64,000 nucleotides of DNA from an uncultured Actinomycetota bacterium (GCA_963783935.1 CAWAPP010000007.1:1201823-1265822), one strand, 5' to 3'; shown: positions 1 through 7,965, counted from the first letter of the stretch. Notes: generated by a model not told the origin, from the letters alone. Numbers and translations are program-made.

Positions 1-1056
1 GGGCGGGCTCTCTCCGCCTTTGTTTCCTGGCCATTACTGACCGGGCTGGCCGGAGGGCCGTGGCGGTGGCAGGTCGCCGGGCCAGGCGGGCTCTATGCCG
101 CGGCGATCCCGCCTGGCTGGCTGATCTGGACGGCAGTTCTCCTGGTCGCGACGACTGTGCTGCTCAGCGGGTGGGCCAGGCCGGGCGCCCGGCGGGCATG
201 GCTGATCTTCGCAGGCTGGATTGTGCTGGCTGACGCGGCGCCAGGACTTGACGTGAGGGATCTTAGCGATGTGGCGCCTGTCCTGGCGGTCTGCCTGGGC
301 TTGGCGTTCTTTCCGCTGGCGGGTCAGGTAGCGGGAGCCAATGCGCGGCGAGGCCGTGTTGTCCGGTCGGTCGGCCTGGTGTCCGTCGCGATCTTCATCG
401 CCGGGTCGATCTGGTCCGATCAGGTGTACCAGGACCTGACCGGCGGGAATCCCGTGGTCGCAAGCTACCTGAGCAACGCCGGTCACGCGGTGGCGCAGGC
501 GGCGCGCGGCACCGACGTCCTTGACTCGCCGGTGCCCGCCCCGCTCGTGTCGCCCCGCTTCGGTCTTGACCGCTATCAGTCGGCTGTGATCGGCAGCATG
601 AAAACCGGTCGGTTGCACTGGATCGACCAGTTGCGGGGCACGATCATCAAGCTGATGATGTTCGGGCCTGACGGCAAGCTCTACCCGGTGTTCATCGACG
701 GCGTCCAATCGCCCAGGCGCGCTGAGCCCGGCCTGTCCGCCTGCTGGCCGAACGTCGGCGGCCGGGTCACGGTACGGTTCCCGCGCGTGACGACGGCTGG
801 TGACCGAACGCTTCAGGTCAACTACATCTGGAACTCAGCGCCTGCGACGGTTCGGGTTAGGTACGGAGCCTCGGCCAGCCGGATCCGCCTGATGCCTGGC
901 CTGCACAACGCTTACCTGCCGGTGCTCGGCCGGGTCAGGAGTTTCACGATCTACGCAGACGCGCACCACCTCTGCGTAGGAGGCGCGGAAGCCGGGCGCC
1001 CCCGTGCCGCTCTAGAGAACCGAGCGGCTGGCTCTTGGGTTCGCCGCCCGAGTTAG
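1..1056 (+). CDS. integral membrane protein, C-terminal part (start lies upstream of window)
   Basis: Frame 1 is open from base 1 and runs into listed ORF 157..1056. TM-like stretches (LIWTAVLLVATTVLL, VLAVCLGLAFFPL, LVSVAIFIAGSIW) precede a soluble C-terminal domain. High-GC third-position bias. No family recognised. Confidence 0.55.
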   Translation, partial: GRALSAFVSWPLLTGLAGGPWRWQVAGPGGLYAAAIPPGWLIWTAVLLVATTVLLSGWARPGARRAWLIFAGWIVLADAAPGLDVRDLSDVAPVLAVCLGLAFFPLAGQVAGANARRGRVVRSVGLVSVAIFIAGSIWSDQVYQDLTGGNPVVASYLSNAGHAVAQAARGTDVLDSPVPAPLVSPRFGLDRYQSAVIGSMKTGRLHWIDQLRGTIIKLMMFGPDGKLYPVFIDGVQSPRRAEPGLSACWPNVGGRVTVRFPRVTTAGDRTLQVNYIWNSAPATVRVRYGASASRIRLMPGLHNAYLPVLGRVRSFTIYADAHHLCVGGAEAGRPRAALENRAAGSWVRRPS

Positions 1057-2330
1057 GTCGACCTAGTGCGCCACCCGGAGTGCGGGTGGACCGCGAAGTG
1101 CTCGCGCAGTCAGGGCGCCGGCCGGTTCACGTTCGGGCGGCGGTTCCGGGCTTGCGGCAATTACCCGAAATGCCGGGGCTGGGGGAGTAAGGGCAGTGGG
1201 GGCCAGGGCGGGGGCTTGACCCGATCGCGTCGCGTGAACCCAGTGCCGGCTATCGCGGCATTCCGGTATTCTCGGCATTCCGGTATTCTCGGCATTCCGG
1301 GTATTTGCCGCAACTGGCCGGACCGGGCCGCAACGATGTCCCGGCGTTGCTGCTCCCGGCCGGGCGGCAACGACAACGATGGCCCCGCGTTGCTGTTGCA
1401 GCAGCATCGATGGGACATCGATGCGGTAACCGCAGGCCAGGCAGCGACAACGATGGGCCACGGGTGCCTTTCTTTGGGAGTGAGGCCGGTCTCGGAGGGT
1501 CTCGCGCGGGAGGCGGGGGCACCCTGCTGTTGTTTTGCGAACGTAAAGTGCCCCCGCTTCCGGGGACCGCGCGGCGGGCTGGGGCGGCGGGGCGGCCCTG
1601 CCTTGGCGGCGAGCCCCGGCGTAGTTCCTGCGCCGTGGTCCTGGCCCCAGCTCCGGGACGACGGCGGGCCTGCGGCCGCCGCCCGGCCCGCGCTGACGGT
1701 CCGGTATGCGTTATATGCGGGTTTCGCGGGGTGAGGGGCGAGCGGGCCGGGCGGGCCGGCAGCGGCCGACGAAAACACAGACCACCCGTCACTTGAAAAG
1801 AAAGGCACCCATGGGCCACGGGTGCGTTTCCGCTGGAGTGAGGCGGGTGCCGGATGGTCTTGCCCGAGCCCCCCGGTGTCAGCGGCCGGGGCGGCGAGCT
1901 GCCCTGGATGCCGGGAATGCCGGGAATGCCGGTGGAGGCTGCGGCGGGAAGGGCTGGAGGACCGGTTCCGTCCGGGCCGTGCCGAGGAGTCGACCAGAAC
2001 TCACTCCCACGGAAACACACCCATGGCCCACCGATGCGCTTCTCTTGACGGGAGATCTGGCCGGGTCCTGGACCTGACCTGACCTGATCGGCGCCGTGTC
2101 CCGGGCCTCTGTTCCGGCCCGGCTGCCACCGGGTATTTCGGGCATTTGCCGCAATTAACCGCGCCGGAGCTGCTGCCCCGCCGGTGAACCGGCCGGCGCC
2201 CTGATAGCGGGGGCACTTTACGTTCGTAAAAACGATAGCGAAGTGCCCCCGCATCGGCAGTGGGACCCGCGGACATGCCTTCCCGGTCGGTGGCCAGTTC
2301 GGGTCCAGTTCCGCGGGCTGCTCGTCGCTG
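1057..2330. repeat. composite intergenic repeat cluster R1
   Basis: Four spaced copies of the GCATCGATGGGCCATCGATGC-type palindrome (about 1326-1470). Long hairpin GTCACTT..GGCACCCATGGGCCACGGGTGCG..GGAGTGAGG (1788-1843). Hairpin GCGGGGGCACTT-N22-AAGTGCCCCCGC (2207-2252) with an inverted half copy at 1531-1556. 17-bp tandem GGCATTCCGGTATTCTC x2.5 (1257-1307). 1110-1175 is an inverted degenerate copy of 2120-2205. Listed ORFs here overlap on both strands and translate to Arg/Pro/Gly-rich text with recurring MGHRC, so none is called. Confidence 0.8.
1813..2029 (-). mobile_element. MITE-like element, 217-bp copy, bounded by ~30-bp terminal inverted repeats
   Basis: Ends GGGCCACGGGTGCGTTTCCGCTGGAGTGAGG (1813-1842) and CTCACTCCCACGGAAACACACCCATGGCCC (2000-2029) are inverted repeats. 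The interior aligns by eye, in reverse orientation, with 17345-17613. Confidence 0.5.
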
Positions 2331-2701
2331 ACTGTGACTGGTTGTCTGTCCTGCGGAGGCTATGCTGCCGCGCCGCTTCCGGTGCTCGGGCCCGTGCTGC
2401 AAACACTGCGCGGCCCTGCGCTCCGGGTCGGCTTGCCCTCGGATTACCTCGGGGTTCTGCAGGCGCCGGCTGAGATCGCCGGCTGGGCTGGTCCCGGAAC
2501 TTGCGGCCGCTGGTCGTTCCGTTCGTCACTGCGGGTGATCACGGCGGTGCAAAGAGCGCGGCAGTTCGGTGCCGCCTCCTGGGCTAGTGAACACTTTCCG
2601 CAGGTCATCGCGACGTCGAGAGTTCATGCGTGGCCGAAGTCAGGTTTCACGTATCTGTCATTCGGCTTCTCTGGCGCCGTCCACTGCCTGGCCGTTTCTG
2701 A

Positions 2702-4060
2702 CTACAACCAGAACCTATCCGCAGGCTGCGCTATCTGATTGTCGTACTGGTGCCTGATTAGAAGTGGCGAGACCTTGTACCTGCTGGCAACTGCCTCTAT
2801 GGCGGAGTCGTCAGTCTTGCCGAGAATAGTCAGGTACTGTCTTATACCTTCGGCTGGTGCAAGAAGCTCCGCCGCGAACGCCCCGGCGACCTTCTCGTCA
2901 TTTCCCCGTGCTAGCGAAAGGATAAAGTGGCTCTGGTTCGGGCGGAGCAGGATGCGTCCGAGCGCTCTGGCCTGCGCGAACTTGTTTACCGAAATTCCCG
3001 TCCTCGGCAGGCCAAGTATCAGGCCGCACCGGCCGCTTTGCACGGCCGTAACGCCCTGTAGGCCGCGCGCTGGTGCATTCGACTCGCCTAGACCAACCCA
3101 CGGTGATGTATCGAACGGATCCATGGTGCTGACGTTCAGTTCCCGTCGAACGCTCGTGGCCATGGAATAGCCAGCAATCCAAGGTCTCTCCATGCGATTC
3201 GCGCCCAGGGTGTGACTGATGATATCGCCGTCAGTCGATACGGCATCATAGAGCGGCCGCAGGTTCTCGCGTGCCCTGACGGAGGCTTTCTCAGCCGAAA
3301 TCATCGCCCGTCGAGCCCATCGGGCGGCAGCCGTCAGGGCCTCGGGATCGGCGCTGTCAAAGAAGTCTGACACCAACTCCTGCGGAAGTTCCGCGGCTAT
3401 GTCTATGATATCGGCTGCAATGCCATCTGGAAGAGAATATGGATCTAGCCCAAGTTTACCTGCCGTCAGGCAGAAGTCTCTTTCATCTGGACTGGCATCG
3501 GCTATTGCTTCCCATTCGTCCGCGAGTCTGGTCTTGTGGAGGCCTTCCTCTGAAAGTCGTTCCAGTACCCGGTCAACGATCGATGCCAGGCCTTCAAGCA
3601 CATCGCTTGTGGCTCCTGCTGTCACTCCGTCGGCGGCGAAGCGGATTGGCCTGGGTGCGTACTTCAGATCTGACACCCAGCAGATCCGCGTTACCGCGCC
3701 TTCCGTCACAAGAGTCAGGTTGGGCCACGCCATGCCGTCGCCAGCGCCACGGAAATTATGGTTCGCCAACCACGGATAGGTGCGAATGTTCGGCCAGGTC
3801 CAGTAACGGCTTTCGACGGCCGAGGGCCGGATATGCGCGGTCAGAATCCACCAGTTGGTCGCGATCCACTCCGCCAACGGGTACACGGAGCCATAAATGG
3901 ATCTGCGCAACGTCCCATCGGGCGTCTCGGCTTGCGTCACGCACCTTCCGCCAACCCAGAGTTCCTGCCTGGCCCAGGTTGCCGCGAGTTCAGGAGTTGT
4001 GACTCCCGGCGCATCTAGCCATTCGATTCGAAAGTCAAAGGCGTCAGTCATGGCAACCAA
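2702..4060 (-). CDS. hypothetical protein with C-terminal ImmA/IrrE (peptidase M78)-like domain lacking the HExxH zinc site
   Basis: 452-aa ORF with non-junk composition. The C-terminal ~90 aa follow the M78/COG2856 pattern (KFAQARALGRILL .. DEKVAGAFAAELLAP .. VASRYKVSPLLIRHQ), but the expected HELGH is RALGR (codons at 2954-2968). The N-terminal ~330 aa are unrecognised. The region looks lower in G+C than its surroundings. Confidence 0.75.
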   Translation of the reverse strand: MVAMTDAFDFRIEWLDAPGVTTPELAATWARQELWVGGRCVTQAETPDGTLRRSIYGSVYPLAEWIATNWWILTAHIRPSAVESRYWTWPNIRTYPWLANHNFRGAGDGMAWPNLTLVTEGAVTRICWVSDLKYAPRPIRFAADGVTAGATSDVLEGLASIVDRVLERLSEEGLHKTRLADEWEAIADASPDERDFCLTAGKLGLDPYSLPDGIAADIIDIAAELPQELVSDFFDSADPEALTAAARWARRAMISAEKASVRARENLRPLYDAVSTDGDIISHTLGANRMERPWIAGYSMATSVRRELNVSTMDPFDTSPWVGLGESNAPARGLQGVTAVQSGRCGLILGLPRTGISVNKFAQARALGRILLRPNQSHFILSLARGNDEKVAGAFAAELLAPAEGIRQYLTILGKTDDSAIEAVASRYKVSPLLIRHQYDNQIAQPADRFWL

Positions 4061-4431
4061 CTCGGCGCTTCATCGTCCTGAATTGGATATCCTTTGTACT
4101 GTCCAAGGCCTGAGTTGCTCAGCCTGGCCTCGTAGACCTGCCCATCAACGCGCTTCCATGCGTAACGCGGAAAGTCGCCTTCGAGTTGCGCACTGACGTC
4201 ACCGTCACGCACAGCATCCCGAAGCCACTTGACTACATTATCGAGGTCCAGGCCTCTGGGACAGGCCGAAGCGTCACTGCGAAGCCGTCCGGGACCAGCA
4301 CTGGTCAGGTAATCCTTGTGCTCAGTGCTAATGACGTATGCCACCTTCTCGGACACAGTCGTCAAGTCGACATCGCACCCCAGCGCAAATCGATCCAGCT
4401 TGCGCGGCCGGTGACGATTAGGCGTGCGCAT
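4048..4431 (-). CDS. hypothetical 127-aa protein, co-transcribed with and overlapping the downstream M78-like gene
   Basis: ORF overlaps the downstream gene by 13 nt (4048-4060), implying translational coupling. Non-repetitive composition; C-terminal motif WKRVDGQVYEARLSNSGLGQYKGYPI. No family recognised. Confidence 0.6.
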   Translation of the reverse strand: MRTPNRHRPRKLDRFALGCDVDLTTVSEKVAYVISTEHKDYLTSAGPGRLRSDASACPRGLDLDNVVKWLRDAVRDGDVSAQLEGDFPRYAWKRVDGQVYEARLSNSGLGQYKGYPIQDDEAPSWLP

Positions 4432-4544
4432 CTCCAGCTCCCTCGGCGGCTCGGGTGTCCAGGCTCGGGCTTGTAGTCAGCGGTCTTCGAAGCCGTAGGT
4501 CTCGAACTTCAGCGTACGGGCATTCTCCGTGACGTTCGACTCTA

Positions 4545-4860
4545 TCCAGTGCACCGCCACCACCGCTCCCTGGCGTCACGGGTGCGTTTCATTTGGTGTG
4601 ACCAATGGCAGGCGGTTCGGCGGGCCACTGTCGGCCGGGCCGAGAAGCCCGCTCTGTCCACCCGGCCTCCCCGAACCGGGCATAAACCGCATACCAGTCC
4701 CGCGCCGGATCCGACGCCCCGCCCGCAGGCCCATCAATGTCCCGGCGCGGGCGCCAGGACCCCTTCGCCGGAACAACGCTGGGCCTCGCCACCCGCCCTC
4801 GCCACCCGCCCTCGCCACCCGCCTCGCCACTCGCCCTCGCCACCTGCCTGGCCGGCCGCG
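4545..4860. repeat. intergenic repeat cluster R2
   Basis: Half copy of the CACGGGTGCGTTTC..GGTGTGAC hairpin arm (4577-4602). 13-bp tandem CTCGCCACCCGCC x~5 (4784-4848). The overlapping ORFs are Arg/Pro-rich junk. Confidence 0.7.
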
Positions 4861-4951
4861 CCGGTGATTCGGGCGGGGCTGGTGCGAGAGAAAGCTATTA
4901 CTGATCTGAACTATCAGTCTTCTAAGGAATGACAATCTAACTACCAGGGTA

Positions 4952-4980
4952 TTGACGGCGACCAAACGCATTTCTACGCT
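4952..4980 (+). promoter_or_regulatory. candidate housekeeping-sigma promoter TTGACG-N17-TACGCT
   Basis: -35 TTGACG at 4952-4957, a 17-nt spacer, then -10 TACGCT (TAnnnT) at 4975-4980. It lies in an AT-richer stretch 36 nt upstream of the ATG at 5016 and ahead of a long + strand operon. Confidence 0.4.
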
Positions 4981-5015
4981 AACGGCAACCTGCGATTTAC
5001 CGGAAAGGCTCATTC

Positions 5016-5165
5016 ATGAACGAAAAGGTCATTATCAGAACAGACACCTCAGTGGCCCCAGTCCTGCTCACCCCGGCTCTGGTCGAGAAGATGCTCGCCA
5101 GCCGCGACGCCGTACAGGTCATGAAGTTCCGTACCACCTGCACGGACTGCGTGCCTAATTACTAA
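5016..5165 (+). CDS. small 49-aa ORF (MNEKVIIRTDTSVAPVLLTPALVEKMLASRDAVQVMKFRTTCTDCVPNY), possible precursor or accessory peptide
   Basis: ATG at 5016 is preceded by GGAAAGG 7 nt upstream; stop TAA at 5163-5165. Too short for the ORF track. Lower G+C than the flanks. First cistron after the candidate promoter and just upstream of the nucleotidyltransferase gene. Confidence 0.4.
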   Translation: MNEKVIIRTDTSVAPVLLTPALVEKMLASRDAVQVMKFRTTCTDCVPNY

Positions 5166-5254
5166 GCCGTGAAGCGACGCCGTGGTGACCGGCCGGCCGA
5201 GGTGCCGGCTCGCCTCGGCGCCGCTTCGGTGTCTGCTGCCGATCGCCAGGGAGG

Positions 5255-6436
5255 GTGATGGAGCTCAGCGGTGCGAACCTGGTCGAGGCGCTCGGCACGG
5301 CGTGCGGTGAGCAGGCCGAGGAACCCGCGGAGATCGTCGGGCTCGTGCGCCGGGCCGAGCCGGGGTTCGCGGCGACGCTGTTTTCTGCCTGGCAGGCTGA
5401 GGGCATCGCGCTCAACGCGGCCTTACGCGAGGACGTGGAGTCCGCGGCCAGCCGGGTCGGGTTTTATCGCTCGGTCGCGGCTGAGCTCACCAAACAGGTG
5501 GACAGCCTGACCACGATCAAGGGGCTCGAGGTCGCTGCTCTCTACCCGGCCGGCCTCGTCAGGTACATGAATGACCTGGATTTCATCACGCCGTCAGAAG
5601 ACGACCTGTGGCGGGCGGTCGGCTGGCTGACTGACGAAGGCTGGGAAACCGACACGGCGACGTTCTCGTTCCTTGAGGGCTCGCTCCGGGTCATGGTCAG
5701 CCTGCGCAAGCAGAACGAGGACAGATTCCGGCTGCCGTACGGCATCGAGCTGGCGACCTACTACACGCTCGGAGACCAGGGCGGCATACCGCCGATCATC
5801 GAGCTGCCGGCCAGATGGCAGGTCCCGGCGGTCAAGAACTCGATCATGCTGCTTCACGAGCGCTATGAACAACCCTTCCGCGCGCGTGACCTGGTGGACG
5901 CGGCTTTGCTGCACGAGTCGATGGGCGAGCCCGAGCGCCGCGCCCTGCGTGAGGCGGTGGCCGAGCTCAATCTCGCGGTCGAATACGCCGAACTGGTCCG
6001 GCTGGTCAATCAGGCCGGGCTCGCCGACCTGGCGCCGCTGCCAGGTGGCCGGTGGGTGACCGCGCGGACGAGGGCGGTCCGGCTGACCCGCGGAGCTGGC
6101 TTCTTCGCCAAGCCGGTGACCGGGACTGGCCGGCATCTGCAGCGCCGGCTGATGATGGCCAAGCCCGGCCGGGCCGAGAAGGCGGCGTGGGAGCTCGTGC
6201 AGCGGCGGCTGCACCCGGCCACGGCGATCCGGGGCGGGCTGCTTGGCTTCGGCCTGCCGCTCGGCGGCCCCCGTTCGGAGGTGGCCAGTGCTGTTCTCCG
6301 CCGTCGGGGCGACCTGGCCTGGGTCGACACCCCGGCTGGCCGGTTCCTGCTGACCGTTGGCGATTTCGTTTCCGAGGAAGCCGTCACGGAACTTAGCGAG
6401 GGGCAAGAACCTGAGCCGGTCGCGGAGGCCAGCTAA
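5255..6436 (+). CDS. nucleotidyltransferase-fold protein (NTP_transf_5 / uncharacterised nucleotidyltransferase family-like)
   Basis: Motif TTIKGLEVAALYPAGLVRYMNDLDFITPSEDDLWRAVGWLTDEGW matches the KG..la.lY...R...DlDllv...d...a...L...G signature of this family. SD AGGGAGGG precedes GTG 5255 / ATG 5258. Confidence 0.7.
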   Translation: MMELSGANLVEALGTACGEQAEEPAEIVGLVRRAEPGFAATLFSAWQAEGIALNAALREDVESAASRVGFYRSVAAELTKQVDSLTTIKGLEVAALYPAGLVRYMNDLDFITPSEDDLWRAVGWLTDEGWETDTATFSFLEGSLRVMVSLRKQNEDRFRLPYGIELATYYTLGDQGGIPPIIELPARWQVPAVKNSIMLLHERYEQPFRARDLVDAALLHESMGEPERRALREAVAELNLAVEYAELVRLVNQAGLADLAPLPGGRWVTARTRAVRLTRGAGFFAKPVTGTGRHLQRRLMMAKPGRAEKAAWELVQRRLHPATAIRGGLLGFGLPLGGPRSEVASAVLRRRGDLAWVDTPAGRFLLTVGDFVSEEAVTELSEGQEPEPVAEAS

Positions 6437-7704
6437 TGACGGAGATTACGGCCACGGCCGGGCGCGCCGCAACGGACGCCCTGGCCAACGGCGTGCGGTA
6501 CGCGGTGCTGCACCGGCCAGGTGCCCAGGTAACCACCGTCTCGGTCTGGGTGCTGGCCAGTTCCCGGCACGAGCCCGTTCCCGGAGTCGCTCACCTGCTT
6601 GAGCATGTCGTCATGCAGGCAGTGCCGGCCGGGCACAGCCAGCGGGTCGTCGATGAGATCGAGGCGTGGGGCGGCGACGTCAACGCGATGACGACCCGCG
6701 ACCATGTCGTGCTGCACGCGAAGGTACCCACCTCGGAAGCGGGTGCGGCCTTAGCGGTGCTCGCGGCCGCGGCGGCCACGGCGGAATTCGACGATGAACT
6801 GGTTGAGGCGGAACGGCGAGTCGTGCAGGAAGAACTAAGGCTTGCCGCCGCCGATCCCACCGACATCGTGCATGACGTGTTCTTCCAGGCCGCCTACGGC
6901 GATGACCAGATGGGCTGGCCGGTCGGCGGCACGGCCCCAGGCGTCGCCCGTCTCGGAACCGCTCACCTGCGCGAGTGGTCTCGCCGGTTCGTGCGGCCAG
7001 CGACAACAGCCGTGGTCGTGTGCGGCGGCCTGAGCAGGGAAGAGGTGGCCTGCCTGCTGGAGGACGGTCCGCTCGCCGGCCTGGTTCGGGACCCGCGAGG
7101 GCGGCCGCCAGACAGTTCGCCGCCGGTAACGGCCGGGCGCCGGGACCTGCCGATCGTCAGCGACACGGCTGCTGTGGTCATCGGCGGACAGGGCTTCGCC
7201 CTGAGCGACCGCGCGATCCTCGCGGCTGAGATCGTGCTCGAGCTGATAGCCGGCGGCAACGCGTCGGTGCTGAACGAGGAGATCAGGTCGAACCTGGGGC
7301 TGTCCTACGACATCTTCGGCGGGGTGAGCGGGTACCGGGAGACCGGCACCTGGCGGGTCGCGATCTCCACCGCCCCGGAAAACCGCGACGAGGTCGTCGG
7401 CCTCGCCACCGGGCTGATAGCCGATGCGGTCAGGCGGGGCTGGACGCCTGAGCAGGTCGGCGCGGCGCGGCGCCGGGTCGCCGGGCTGGCGCAGGTCAAT
7501 GCCGAGTCCTCGCTTGAGGAGGCGTTTCAGTTCGGCGATTACGCCTATGTGGGCGATTGCGCGGGCTTCTCGTTCCCCGGCTATCTCGGTCAGCTGGCCT
7601 CCGTCGAACCCGACGAGGTGGCCGCGGCCGCCGAGTTCATGACTAACCGCCTGGTGGTGGCGACGGCCGGACCGGACGGGTCGCAGGACTTCCCAGTCGA
7701 GTGA
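6436..7704 (+). CDS. M16 (pitrilysin/insulinase) family zinc peptidase
   Basis: Inverted zinc motif HxxEH in GVAHLLEHVVMQ. 422 aa, M16 N- plus C-domain size. The start overlaps the upstream stop (TAATG at 6434-6438). Confidence 0.85.
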   Translation: MTEITATAGRAATDALANGVRYAVLHRPGAQVTTVSVWVLASSRHEPVPGVAHLLEHVVMQAVPAGHSQRVVDEIEAWGGDVNAMTTRDHVVLHAKVPTSEAGAALAVLAAAAATAEFDDELVEAERRVVQEELRLAAADPTDIVHDVFFQAAYGDDQMGWPVGGTAPGVARLGTAHLREWSRRFVRPATTAVVVCGGLSREEVACLLEDGPLAGLVRDPRGRPPDSSPPVTAGRRDLPIVSDTAAVVIGGQGFALSDRAILAAEIVLELIAGGNASVLNEEIRSNLGLSYDIFGGVSGYRETGTWRVAISTAPENRDEVVGLATGLIADAVRRGWTPEQVGAARRRVAGLAQVNAESSLEEAFQFGDYAYVGDCAGFSFPGYLGQLASVEPDEVAAAAEFMTNRLVVATAGPDGSQDFPVE

Positions 7705-7727
7705 CAACCATGGAGAGGAGGTGCCAA

Positions 7728-7784
7728 TTGGACCGTCACATCAGATCCGCTCGCCGGCCGAAGATCAAGCCGATCAAGAAGTGA
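7728..7784 (+). CDS. micro-ORF 1: (M)DRHIRSARRPKIKPIKK, 18 aa
   Basis: TTG start 6 nt after GGAGAGGAGG (7712-7721); stop TGA. An in-frame ATG at 7710 would give a 24-aa form (MERRCQL...) but has no SD. Shares the RRPx[IV]KP[IV]KK core with micro-ORFs 2 and 3. Confidence 0.55.
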   Translation: MDRHIRSARRPKIKPIKK

Positions 7785-7795
7785 AGGAGTGACCA

Positions 7796-7852
7796 GTGAA
7801 CCGTCGTCTGTACGCCGCTCGCCGGCCCACCGTCAAGCCGGTCAAGAAGTAG
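7796..7852 (+). CDS. micro-ORF 2: MNRRLYAARRPTVKPVKK, 18 aa
   Basis: GTG start 6 nt after AAGGAG (7784-7789); stop TAG. Paralogous to micro-ORF 1, with synonymous codon differences in conserved residues. Confidence 0.55.
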   Translation: MNRRLYAARRPTVKPVKK

Positions 7853-7889
7853 CCGGCTGGTTCTCACGCCAACGAAGGAGGGAGGGGAC

Positions 7890-7940
7890 ATGGACCGTCG
7901 TCGAGCCTCATTGCGCCGTCCTGTCGTGAAGAAGAAGTAG
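7890..7940 (+). CDS. micro-ORF 3: MDRRRASLRRPVVKKK, 16 aa
   Basis: ATG start just after GAAGGAGGGAGGGG (7874-7887); stop TAG. Same M[DN]RR...RRPx[IV]K..KK pattern. Confidence 0.55.
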   Translation: MDRRRASLRRPVVKKK

Positions 7941-7965
7941 TGAGCCTTCCCTCACCACGTGAAGT

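Noticed and set aside
1250-2254. 334-aa ORF and about ten other overlapping ORFs inside repeat cluster R1; likewise 16183..17301, 32744..33331, 42594..43361 and 58354..58718 in other clusters
   Set aside because: They overlap each other on both strands, run through palindromic repeats (so both strands stay open), and translate to repetitive MGHRC / PGR / ETHPWP strings. No SD or coherent domain.
2218-2738. ORFs 2334..2738 (+) and 2218..2529 (-) between R1 and the islet
   Set aside because: They are mutually overlapping, have no motifs or SD, and have odd composition. The region is treated as non-coding or degenerate.
4477-4560. Short minus-strand frame ending ..VHWIESNVTENARTLKFETYGFEDR* just upstream of the 127-aa gene
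   Set aside because: The text looks coding-like, but there is no convincing start or SD and the 5' end runs into repeat cluster R2. It may be a gene remnant or a third islet cistron; the evidence is insufficient to call it.
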